Shown here: positions 1 to 11,025 of the stretch, one piece after another
Layout: each line of letters starts with the position of its first letter
How positions within the stretch are numbered: position 1 is the stretch's first letter
Assembly: GCF_018977255.1 (NCBI RefSeq)
Contig: NW_024704745.1
Span: 65,348,001 to 65,412,000 of the forward strand
Length of the DNA: 64,000 nt
DNA from: Callorhinchus milii
Lineage: Eukaryota
Direction of reading: 5' to 3'
Made by a program: the position numbers and the translations under genes
The notes under the pieces: generated by a model
What the model was told of the DNA's origin: nothing
Databases searched by the model: none
The model's input: the letters and a program-made list of their open reading frames with translations, nothing else

Positions 1-318
1 AAATTTGAGAAAATAACTTTTTGAAAGCACTATCATTTTAAGTTGTAGAGCTATTATAGAATATGAATCTTGAAACTGTCCTGTAATAACTTCCAGTTAA
101 AATAATATTGCTCGACACCAATACAACTTCAGTGAGAGTTCAGCTTACTTAAGACAAGTAAGTTAGTTAACTGTTGGTGATACTTTTATTCGCATTTGTT
201 TCAGAACAGCATTTTTAAATTATTTGAGCAGCAAAGTGAAGTAATGGTTTTTATGATTAAAATGCTGCTTGTGTTTGAATAAAAGGTTCAATTTTTAGAC
301 ATTCTCTTTTCTTTTAAG

Positions 319-449
319 GCTTGGTGCAAGCTCAGTATCGTATGCCTACTGAAATCCAAAAGCAAGCAATTGGCTTGGCATTGCAAGGGAAGGATATTCT
401 CGGAGCTGCAAAGACTGGATCTGGAAAGACATTGGCATTTCTTATTCCT
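319..449 (+). CDS. DDX10: DDX10 internal coding exon (equiv. human exon 3): Q-motif and motif I
   Basis: ttttaAG|...|GTaagt. Translates (G)[43 protein letters not shown] (Walker A AKTGSGKT); 131 bp. Confidence 0.96.
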
Positions 450-585
450 GTAAGTGATTTAAATGTAACCAAGTAATAGATTGATCCAGTAGATTAGTAC
501 TGTTTTATGGCTGATTAATAACCGGTTTAACAAACCGTAGTCAATAAATTATTCTGCTTGCGACTAAATGTGTACCTATCTGCAG

Positions 586-744
586 ATACTAGAATGCTTA
601 TACCGCCAGCAGTGGACATCTGACGATGGAATGGGTGCTCTCATCATTTCTCCCACCAGAGAACTTGCATATCAGACATTTGAGACCCTGCGAAAAGTGG
701 GGAAAAATCATGACTTTTCTGCTGGCCTTATTATAGGAGGGAAG
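586..744 (+). CDS. DDX10: DDX10 exon (equiv. exon 4): motif Ia
   Basis: tgcAG|...|GTaggt. [53 protein letters not shown]; 159 bp, phase 0-0. Confidence 0.97.
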
Positions 745-972
745 GTAGGTCCTGAGGTTTTTTTTAAAAAAAAACTTTTTTTTGTCTGAAACCGACTTTT
801 TTATTGCTAAATTTGTAAATGAATTTTATTCAGCCTGCAGTCTTATCAAAATGGGTTGGTGAAATCTAAACGATTCTGTGAGAGGATGTGTTTTTCCTTT
901 GTATTGTTTTATATATTAAAAAAGTTAGGTTTGTAAATCCTATTTGTACAAAAAAAACATAAATTTGTCTTC

Positions 973-2263
973 AGAATCATAGAATTATACAGCACAGAAG
1001 GAGGCCATTCGGCTCATCGTGTCTGTGCCAGCTCTTTCAAAAGAGCTATCCAAATCAATCCCAGCTTCTCTCACCTCTCCTCATAACTAAAGTCCCTAAT
1101 TTCTGGTACCATTCTGGTAAATCTCCTTTGCACCCTCTCCAATGTCTTGACATCCTTCCTAAAGTGTGGTGCCCAGAACTGAACACAGTCTCTAGCTGAG
1201 GCCTAACCAGTGTTTTATAAAGGTTCATCATAACTTCCTGACTTTTGTATTCTATATGCCTATTTATAAAGCTTAGTATCCCGTATGCTTTTTTTAATAG
1301 CTTTATCTGCCTGTTCTGCCACCTTCAAAGATTTTATTTATACGAACCCCCAGGTCTCTCTTCTTTCACCCCCTTTAAGATTCTACCATTAGCTTATATT
1401 GCCTCTCCTCGTTCTTCTTCCCAAAATACATCACATCAAATACTTTGCATTTCTCCACATTAAATTATATCTGCCATGTGTCTGCCCATTTTACCAGTCT
1501 GTCTATGTCTTCTTGCAATCTGCTACTATTCTCCTCACCATTTACTACTTTTCCTAGCTTAGTATCATCTGCAAACTTGGAAATTGTACTCTTTATACCC
1601 AAGTCCAGGTCATTTATATAGATTAAAAACAGCAGTGGTCCCAATACCGACCCCTGGGGAACATCACTGCACTCTTCCCTCCAGTCAGAAAAACAACCGT
1701 TCACCACCACTCTCTGCTTTCTGTCTCCCAGTCAGTTCTGTATCCATGCTGCCACTATCCCTTTGATACTGTGGGCTTCTATTTCGCTTACAAGTCTCTT
1801 ATGTGGCACTTTATCAAATGTCTTTTGAAAATCCATATAAACTACATCAACTGCACTACCTTCATCCACTCACTCCGTTACTTCATCAAAAACTCTTATC
1901 AGGTTTGTTGACATGATTTGCCTTTAACAAATCTGTGTTGGTTGTCCTTTATTAACCCATATTTTTCTAAGTGAAAATTTATTTTGTCCTGTATTATAGT
2001 CTGTAGGAGTTTCCCTACTACTGAAGTTAGGCTGACTGGCCTGTAGTTCCCGGGTTTATCCTTCTGCCCCTTTTTGTACAGCGGAGTAACATTTGCAACC
2101 CTCCAGTCCTCTGGCACCATCCTGGTGTCCAAGGAGGATTGAAAGATCGTGGCCAGAGCCTCGTTATTTCCATCCTTACTTCCCTCAGTAACCAAGGATA
2201 CATCCCATCCGAACCGGGTGACTTATCTACCTTGAGCACCGTCAACCTTTGCAGTACCTCCTC
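973..2263 (-). mobile_element. CR1-clade LINE, 5'-truncated, degenerate, with internal deletion
   Basis: RT fragments (PGNYRPVSLTSVVGK, VPQGSVLGPLLFLIYINDL, KFADDTKL); 3' UTR ends ...ctgtgctgtataattctatgattct. Confidence 0.93.
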
Positions 2264-2687
2264 TTGGTTTATTCTTGTCCAATTTCTCTACCCTCTCCTC
2301 TGATGCTGTGTCATTCTCTGCATCCTCCTCTTTTGCTTTATTATAGGACAAGTGTTACAAGTCAATTGCCTGACATTGATCGGTTCAGTTTGAGTTTCTG
2401 TTTAATTTGGTTTGACCTATGCAGCAAAACTGTAAAGTTGAGCTGGTAACATTTTGCAAAGGGCTGGATTCACATATCCTGTACTATTGCCAATTTTTTG
2501 ACAAGCTGAATAAATATTTAAGGAAGTTGTTTCCAACCGGTCGATCGTTGCTAGGTGGCATCTCACGCATGTTTAATAAAAACAAGAGGAGGCAGAAGTG
2601 ATATTTACAGCAGTTTTAACATTAAAGTTTATATTTTTATTTCGATGAAATGCTTTGTGCGTCTGGCTTCTTTTTCAATTTGACTCA

Positions 2688-2778
2688 GTAATGATGCCAT
2701 TCTATCGCTGCTGCCGCTTGTGTTTTTGATCGACAGCGCCACACAGTGGCGATCAACTGGTTGGAGACCTCTGATTTA
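2688..2778 (+). ncRNA. Candidate intronic box C/D snoRNA
   Basis: ATGATGC (2691-2697, imperfect C box) ... TTGGAGACCT-CTGA (D box 2771-2774); 93 nt upstream of the 3' splice site; host is a ribosome-biogenesis gene. Confidence 0.35.
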
Positions 2779-2867
2779 AAGAATAATACTTTACGAATCA
2801 CTATTATTATTATCTGTTTGATAAAGAATTTGTGAATAACTTGCCATGCATTATTTGCTTATAATAG

Positions 2868-2988
2868 TTTTTGGACGTGGAGTCTGACAGGATCCATCGC
2901 ACCAATATTATCATCTGTACTCCCGGGCGTCTTCTGCAACATATGGATGAGACCTGTTACTTTCATGCTTCTGACCTCCAGATGCTTG
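2868..2988 (+). CDS. DDX10: DDX10 exon (equiv. exon 5): motif Ib
   Basis: aatAG|...|GTaagc. FLDVESDRIHRTNIIICTPGRLLQHMDETCYFHASDLQML(V); 121 bp; not in the ORF track. Confidence 0.94.
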
Positions 2989-3109
2989 GTAAGCTTTAGA
3001 CGTGTAAAACCGTGGCTCACTCCCTAACCTTGTTGAGATCAGTAAACTCAACCTACAGAATGGTGAACCCTGGGTGTACCTGGTCTGAATTCTTATTAAA
3101 AATACTTCG

Positions 3110-4020
3110 CGTGGGGACAAAAAATCCTGGAAGGGACTATTATTTGAACGGAAGGAAAATAATATGTATGGACAATGAAAAGGACCTGGGGGTCCTGATT
3201 GACAATAAATTGAAGCACTCCCAACAATGCTTTGTCAGTGAGTAAAGAAAAAACAGATTTTGGGATATATTAAAAGATCAATAGCAAGCTGAAATAGTGG
3301 GGTAATCCTAACATAACATGTAGGAGCAGGAGTAGGCCATTCAGCCCTTCGAGCCTGCCCCGCCATTCAATCATGGCTAATCTTCTAATCTAACTCCAGC
3401 TAATAACCTGATCCTGCCTTATCCCCATATCCCTTAATCCTGCCACTGTATAAATTATTGATGAGACCACACTTAGAGTACTGTGTACAGTTCTGGTCAC
3501 CGTAATACAAAAAGGATATTGGAAAAATCAAAAAGATACAGAGGAGGGCAACCAAAATGATTGAGGGAGTGGAAGGACTGGACTATGAGGAGCGACTAAA
3601 TAAATTGGGCATGTTCACGCTGGAAAAGAGAAGATTGAGAGATGATGTGATTGCTGTCTTTAAGATTCTAAAGGGACAAAACAATATAGATCATGACAGG
3701 CTGTTTCAACTTGTCCAGAATAGTAAAACCAGAGGACACGGCCTGCGATTGAAGGGGAGTAAATTCAGAACTAATCTACCAAACACTATTTCAGTGAGCG
3801 AATAGTGAACCTGTGGAATAGACTCCCCAGGGAGATGGTCAAAGCAGGAAGTGTTAATTCTTTCAAACACAGATTAGATAGTTTTCTTTGAGGAAATAAC
3901 ATTATGGGATATAGTACACAGATAGTTTGGGACATAAGTGCATGTGAACGCCTGGAAGGTGGAAGGCAAACTAGATGGACCTTGGTCTGTTTTCGTCTAG
4001 CATTTATTATGTTCTTATGA
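3110..4020 (+). mobile_element. CR1-clade LINE 3' fragment (second family)
   Basis: [26 protein letters not shown] motifs; tail ttatgttcttatg; homologous to 40045-40891. Confidence 0.92.
3310..3434 (-). mobile_element. Short CR1/HE1-type 3'-tail insertion nested in the CR1 copy
   Basis: ggagcaggagtaggccattcagccc...ccgccattcaatcatggct; flanked by 7-bp TSD taatcct (3303-3309, 3435-3441); absent from the 40 kb copy. Confidence 0.85.
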
Positions 4021-4511
4021 TTTTTTTTTATGGATTAAATAGCAGTTTAAATGAATTTGCTTAACAACAACAAAACTACATTTGTAAAGTGCCTTTCACG
4101 TCGGGAGGACGTACCAAGGCGCTGAACAGTCGGGGATCAGCAACCACTTAAAGATGAAGGAGAGGAGTCTGAGAGTATATGACGATGTTTAAGATTCTGA
4201 AGAGGCATGCCAAGGCAAACAGAGAAAACTGATTCCTCTATTTGGGAATTATTCACAAGGAGGTAGGATTATTAGCAAAAAACATACAGTTGGAATTATA
4301 CGAAATGATGTGGTGTGGACACAGGTCATTCGGCCCATCTAGTTAGTTCTTTTTTTTGCCCGAGAGGGTTTTTAAGGTGTGTAGTTCATTACTACAAACC
4401 TGCAATGAGGTTGGGTCATTAGTCATTCAAACAGGAACTGAATAAGTATCTGAATAATAACAGATTAAGGAATATGGGGAAAGATATGGAATGTGGAATT
4501 AATACTAAAAG

Positions 4512-5154
4512 CAACAACAACAACTTGGATTTATACAGCGCCCTCCGTGCTGGACGGCATCTCAGAGCGCTTCACAGTAACGGATCCTGGGGTCGAGCCA
4601 TAGAGGGGGGGAGGAAGGTGACCAAAGGCACGGTCGAAAAGAAAGGTCTTCAGCAGAGACCTGAAAATAGGAAGAGAGGGGGTGAGGCGAAGGGAGTGAG
4701 GAAGGGAGTTCCAGAGCCTTGGGGCATAGTGGCTGAAGGCACGGCCGCTGAGGAAGGAGGAGGCCAGACCCAGTGGAATGAAGGCAACGGGCACTGTTGT
4801 GAAGAGAGAAGAGGTCAGAGAGATAGGGGGGTGCAGAGGAATGGAGGGATTTGAAGACAAGGGTGAGGATCCTGAAGTCGATCTTCACTGGGATAGGCAG
4901 CCAGTGCAGTCTGGCAAGGACTGGAGTGATTGGGGAGTGGAGTTTGGTGCGGGTGAGAATGCGGGTGGCAGAGTTTTGTATGACCTGGATTTTATGGATG
5001 GTAGTGGAGGGGAGACCGTCGAGGAGGGCATTTGAATAGTCCAGCCGAGAGGTGACAAAGGCATGGACTCGGGTTTCAGCGGCTTTTGGAGTGAGTTATT
5101 GGCGGAGAACGGAGATGTGTCGGAGGTGGAAGAAAGTGTCGGAGGTGGAAGAAA
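4512..5154 (-). mobile_element. L2-clade LINE 3' fragment
   Basis: KIDFRILTLVFKSLHSSAPPYLSDL and RAFSHYAPRLWNSLP...FRSLLKTFLF; (TTG)n tail. Confidence 0.9.
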
Positions 5155-5340
5155 AGCAGCCACAATGAGTTGAATGGTCTTTTTGTTGAAAATCTTTATT
5201 TCTATTGTTGGCACTGTCATGATTTCCACAAAATCTATTGTACAGTTTGTGGATTGTGCATTTCAGGAGAACCGAGATGATTTATGTAATTAATCATATC
5301 CTTTCATTGGGACTTTTATCTCTTTTTCCTCTGATTTCAG

Positions 5341-5530
5341 TCTTGGATGAAGCTGATAGAATTTTGGACATGGGTTTTGCTCAAACAATGAACGCCATTG
5401 TGGAAAACTTGCCTAAGAAGCGCCAGACCCTACTTTTCTCAGCCACTCAAACTAAATGTGTCAAGGACCTCGCCCGGCTAAGCCTAAAAGACCCAGAATA
5501 TGTTTCAGTTCATGAAAATGCTAAATTCAG
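5341..5530 (+). CDS. DDX10: DDX10 exon (equiv. exon 6): DEAD box and SAT motif
   Basis: ttcAG|...|GTtggt. [62 protein letters not shown]; 190 bp. Confidence 0.97.
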
Positions 5531-6261
5531 GTTGGTTGCTTTTTTTTTAATAATCTATTATGGCTACATTGTATAGATGTAGAAGGTCCTTAATTCTGCT
5601 TTTTAATTCAGTCACTTTTGTTCTGGTGTATTTACTGATTGCCCTTTTTAAATGTTTCTGTGCTTGAACTAATATTGTTCCTTAATATAAATGGATGATA
5701 CGGAATCGCTTTTATTTTCTGAAGTTGATGCTGGGCTTGTTGATTTGTAGACATTCCCTGCATTCGGATTACGTTTCGTCTACTCCTGTAAGTCCTCCAT
5801 CATATGGATCAAAAAAGTATACATTTTTGGAGAACAGTAAATTTCTATAACTTCAGTGATGCAAAATTGGAAAGTTGTCAATTGAGAGAATGGCTCTATC
5901 TTGTGTGCCAAGCACTTCTTTTGAAAAGTTTTATGAGCTGTTCTGCTTGACATTTTTAAATGTAAATAAGTTAACTTCTCATTATCTAAGATGATAAAGG
6001 CTCTTCAGGGTGTAGATGCAGGTTTAATTTCTGGGAAGAGCTGATCTGATCTAGTTAGCTCGCTCTATTTGATCTTTACATATATTACATTGATCACTGT
6101 AGCATGGGAATGGGCCATTTGTTTACTCCACATGAGCCTCCGCACCCCCCTGATACCCTTGCCTATACCCCTTTAGGTTTTTTCCTTTATACCTTTGCAC
6201 CCTTGGGCTAGGTAGAGAAAAATCAACAACAAATTGCATTTATATGAACAAGTCGTTAATT

Positions 6262-7684
6262 CCCAGCTTCGCTCCTTCCCCTTCCGCGACTCCCTTCACG
6301 AACCTCTCCAATCAGGTTTCCTTGCCACCCACAACATAGATAACTGCCCTGGTCAAAGTGACAAATGACATTCTGTCCATCTGCGACNNNNNNNNNNNNN
6401 NNNNNNNNNNNNNNNNNNNNNNNNNNNNNNNNNNNNNNNNNNNNNNNNNNNNNNNNNNNNNNNNNNNNNNNNNNNNNNNNNNNNNNNNNNNNNNNNNNNN
6501 NNNNNNNNNNNNNNNNNNNNNNNNNNNNNNNNNNNNNNNNNNNNNNNNNNNNNNNNNNNNNNNNNNNNNNNNNNNNNNNNNNNNNNNNNNNNNNNNTGCA
6601 CCTTCGTCCTCTGCGACGCTCATCTGTTGTTTTGACCTCTCTGCTGCCTCCGTTGACCACTCTATCCTCATCCACCACCTCTCCACTCACCTCAACCTTC
6701 TTGGTTCTGTCCTTGAATGGTTCATATCATTCCCTCTCACACCGTCTCCACTTCATCTCCACAAAAGGTTTCTCCTCTAGCCCCCGCACCATCTCATTCG
6801 GCGTTCCTCAGGGCTCTATCCTTGGTCCCCTCCTCTTCATTATCTATATGCTCCCTCTTGGTGACATCATTCGCAGACATGGAATCAACTTCCACATGTA
6901 CCTCTCTGCCTCCACCCTTGACTCCAGAATAACTGCTGTCCTGACAGAATGTCGGTCGGACATCAAGTCCTGGATGAGAGGACTTTCTTCAGTTGAACGT
7001 CAACAAGACCAAGGCTCTCCTGATTGGCTCCCGTCAGCGCCTCCACACCTCAGGCGCTAACAGCATCACCATCCGTGGATGCACACTCTGCCTAACTAAG
7101 CCAGTCTGGAACCTTGGCGTCCTGTTTGACCCTCAACTATACTTCCTACCCCACACCCGTGCCATGAACCGCTCTGCCTTCCTCCATCGCCCGGCTCTGC
7201 CACTGCCTCACAATGCAGGCCGCCAAAACCCTCATACACGCATTCATAATATCCAAACTCCTTGTTTGTCAGCCTCCCCAACTCCTCCCTCCATAGGCTG
7301 CAGATCTTCCAGAACTCTGCAGCCTGTGTCCTCTCCCGGACCAGGTCCGGGACCCTATCGCCCCTATCCTTGCCCGACTCCACTGGCTTCTCATCACACA
7401 GAGAATATAGTTCAAGATCCTGGTCTTCACCGTCAAAGCCCTCCATGGTCTTGCTCCCCCCTACCTCTGCAACCTCCTAACCCCCTACTATCCTGCCCGC
7501 TCCCTGCACTCAGTGGGCTCCGGCCTGCTTCATGTTCCCCGCCTTGCCCACCCCACATTGGCGGGCAGGTCTTCTGCCACTATTCTCACCCTCTGGAACT
7601 CCGTCCCGCAGTCCTTCTGCCTCGCCCCCTCCCTTGCCTCCTTCAAGACCCATCTCAAGACTCATCTGAAGATCCTCCTCTTCA
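6262..7684 (+). mobile_element. L2-clade LINE fragment spanning an assembly gap
   Basis: ALVKVTNDIL, DLSAASVDHSIL, GVPQGSILGPLLFIIYMLPLGDIIRRHGINFHMY, LWNSVP...FKTHLKT; frameshifted. Confidence 0.92.
6388..6596. other. Assembly gap (209 N)
   Basis: Run of n inside the L2 element. Confidence 1.
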
Positions 7685-8500
7685 TGCAGTCGAAGGTTGG
7701 ATGCCAAACAAGGAGAGGAGATGGGCATAGGTGTGGTCAAAGAAGTAGATTTTCAAAAGGGATTTAAAAATCTATAGATGAGGGGGTGATTTGGAGGGAT
7801 TGAAGCAGGGGGTTGCAGAGATTTAGAAAGGATGCCGACCAAGGTTCCAACTTCCAATTGCTCTCCAGTTAGACTCTTTCCCTTAATTATCCTCTTGGGT
7901 GAATGACTAAGCAATAGCTTTGATGTGATAACTGGGATTGTTAAAATGCACATTAACCTCACTGCTTTGCTTCATGTATGAAGAATTAATTTTTAGGAGG
8001 ACACCTGGTGTTTGTGGAGCTATACCCCCCAAAAAAAAACAGTGCCCAGAAGAGACAATTTTTTTTAACACACCACATTCCTCCGGCCCCCACACGCGCG
8101 AGAACACGCACATGCACATGCTTATTCATTAGGTTAGGTTCGGGAACTCATACTTAGTTTCTTTCAGAGTAAACCTGATCGTCTTTCCAAGCATGTCTGT
8201 TATAGATCAATATCACCACACTGGGATCTATCCAGTGAATGAGCCATTGAGATAAGTTATTTTCACTGCACAGTAGATGTGTTTAGCTTTTAATGGTCTT
8301 TGTGTTCAGTAGCATTTTTGCCCAGCAGCTATAGTAACCAATTAGGCAGTGCATGAAGGCAATGTTTTTAAAGTTTCATTTCCTTCTAAAGTTTCCATTC
8401 AATATGGGAATTTGCTCTCAATTATGTGGGGGAGGTAGGCAATTTATAAGCATTGTAGAAGTAAAATTGTGACATTGGTATTGTTTTCTTTGCCCTTTGC

Positions 8501-8811
8501 ATAATAATAATAATCTTTGCATTTGATATCGCGCTTTTCACATCTTCTAGACGTCTCAAAGCGCTTCACAGGATATACTGTAAAGTGAATTGACTGTATA
8601 TTTTGTGGGTGAAATGCGGCAGCCAATTGTGCACAGCAGTGTCCCACAAACAGTCATGGATTGAAGTGACCAAATTATTATTTTTTTGTTGAGTGATTAT
8701 TATCAGGCATGTGGAGTAAGGAAACTTGCCCAAGCTTTTACCCTGCCGGGAATCGAACCCAGGTCTCTCACTTGCAAGGCGAGCACTCTAACCACTGAGC
8801 TACAGGACTCC
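8501..8811 (-). mobile_element. Young tRNA-derived SINE, full length (short variant)
   Basis: Head ggagtcctgtagctcagtggttagag (A box)...ggttcgattcc (B box); Deu-like ctgtgcacaattggctgccgc; tail aaatgcaaagattattatta. Confidence 0.92.
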
Positions 8812-8860
8812 CAAGATACTTAAGACTTTCCCTGATTTGACAACATTGTGTGCTAAACAT

Positions 8861-9057
8861 CTCCAAAAACCAAAAACAATAATAAATTGGTCATTTTCAA
8901 TCTACGACTGTTTGTGGGACATTGCTGTGCGCAATTGGCTGCCGCGTTCGCCCACAAAAAGTCAATTCACTTTACAGTGTGTTCTGTGAAGCGCTTTGGG
9001 ATGTCCTCCCGACGTGAAAAGCGCTATATCAAATGCAAGGATTATTATTATTATTAT
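8861..9057 (+). mobile_element. Young SINE, 5'-truncated (variant B)
   Basis: ccaaaaacaataataaattggtcattttcaatctacgac...aaatgcaaggattattatta. Confidence 0.92.
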
Positions 9058-9269
9058 CCATCATTGGATGTGGTATGGATGGTAGAGAACCTGATATCTG
9101 TGTTTAGTGTGAATATATGTGTCAGTCTGGCTCTGTTGGTAATGGTTCACCTCTCAGTCAGTAGGTTGTAGGGTCCACCCCATGCTATATTGACACTAAA
9201 GCTGGTCAATAGCAGTGGCCGCATTTGAGAAATGCTGCTCTCACTTGGTAACATCATCTGCAGGCATGA

Positions 9270-9870
9270 AGGAATTGCACCCAGCTCTATCCCTTTGCCT
9301 CTACTCGTGATTTGAATACCAATGCTGTTGTGACTGATTGTCTGTCAGACACAAGTACTGGATGAGCTCTAACTTTTTTCATTTGACTAAGTGGCCTAAG
9401 CCTCTCTTGCTTCGCTCTGGGCTACATTTCCTCTCCTCAGGTCTTCACCTCACAGAACCAATGTGGAATCTCTTTTGTTCGTCCTTCAAGCCGTATGTTC
9501 GGACTCTCACTCACTTGACTTTTCCTTATCTCTGCAACATTGCCTGCCTCTGCCACTATCTCTCCCTTCTACGTTGCCAAGACCCTCATCCATGCCTTTG
9601 TCACACCCCACCCTAACTGTGCGCCCTTTTGTTTTATATCTCCCTGCCGATCTACATATCCTCAACGGGTGAGCTTTCAGCTGTTCTACTCCCACTCTAT
9701 GGAACTCCAACTTGGAGTTCCTCCTCTCACCCATCTCTCCCCACCTTGAGAACTATCTTTTTGACTGCGCTTTTGGTAACCTTTTCCTTCCCCCACTCCC
9801 AAATCAGGCAATGGGAAATGCTTTGAGACATCCTCCTGACGTGAAACGTGTTAATTGTTCTTGTGTTGTC
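9270..9870 (+). mobile_element. Old L2 fragment
   Basis: AKTLIHAFVT-like and LWNS-like segments; decayed L2 tail near 9820-9870. Confidence 0.7.
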
Positions 9871-10433
9871 TGTTATACTTGTCAGCTGATCTGCTGATCC
9901 AAAAGGTGGGTTAGGGGTTGAACACTTCACTTTATATTCAAAAAAAATTCTTATTGGTGAATGCTGGAAAGGGTTAATAAGTATGAAGATTTGTTTTTTT
10001 TTAAAAAATGTAGCCATTTAAATGGAAGGGGAAAGGGAAGATAATTTTGCCTAGAAACATAGCAATGGTAATCTTTTGAAAAAATTACAACACAAAAAGA
10101 TATTTGTGAGTAATACAATCTTTACATTGTGAGAAAGCAGTATTACAATATGACAATTTTAGGAGGAAATAAAGCAGACGAGTGATCAAATACCTTAAAT
10201 GTTTTGTAACTTGACTTGTCAGAATTTTTCTTGTGCCCTGTGGAAAGTAATTGCAATTATATTTAATTAACTTTCATCCAAACAAGGAATGAGAAAAGTC
10301 CACAACCCAGCTAATCCCTTCCCCGAAATTGTTGCAAGGTATCTTCCCACAGATTCCACCCAAGCCATTTATTCTCCTGAGGGTTAGTTCTAAATAAATT
10401 CTCACAGGATTAAAAGATTCTTCGGCAAATTGA

Positions 10434-10610
10434 AATAATAATAATACTTGCATTTGATATAGTGCATTATCACATGTTTTAGACGTCTCAAAGCGCTTCA
10501 CAGAACACACTTGCTAAGTGAATTGACTATAAATATTTTGGGCGAAATGCGGCAGCCAATTGTGCACAACATTGTCCCACAAAGAGTTGTGGATTGAGTG
10601 ACCAAATTAA
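10434..10610 (-). mobile_element. Young SINE 3' half
   Basis: aataataatacttgcatttgatatag...gcagccaattgtgcac. Confidence 0.88.
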
Positions 10611-10898
10611 TTCCTTCTCATATCTGTAAGATTAACTCAGACTTACTATGCCTCAGTAATAAGGCAGTAATTGGGTTATGTGAATATGTGGCCTGTCCGT
10701 CTTTGTGCAATATAAATGTATTGTAACCAAATTTAATTTTGTTATTTTGAAGTCATCTATTGTTTCAGTGTCCAAGAAACTGAGGAATTTGGTCATTCCA
10801 TACTTAAGGTCTTCTTTAATTGTTCTGTACATTACACATTGCTCCTTATTGTTTCCCTCCACCTAAAGAAAACTTTTTAAAAATGTTTTCTATTTCAG

Positions 10899-11025
10899 CA
10901 CCCCAGGAACCCTGGAACAAAATTACATTGTCTGTGAGCTGCACCAGAAAGTTAACATGCTGTACTCTTTTCTGAAAAACCATCTGAGTAAGAAGATAAT
11001 TGTCTTTTTTTCAAGCTGCAAAGAG
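10899..11025 (+). CDS. DDX10: DDX10 exon (equiv. exon 7): motif IV
   Basis: ttcAG|...|GTtggt. TPGTLEQNYIVCELHQKVNMLYSFLKNHLSKKIIVFFSSCKE; 127 bp. Confidence 0.95.

Noticed and set aside
6256-7767. Longest ORFs in the track (231-245 aa)
   Set aside because: Inflated by the N gap or read off-frame through a frameshifted L2 RT; no intact autonomous element
8761-8811. tRNA-like sequences with A and B boxes at SINE heads
   Set aside because: They continue directly into SINE bodies and lack a full cloverleaf or terminator; not tRNA genes
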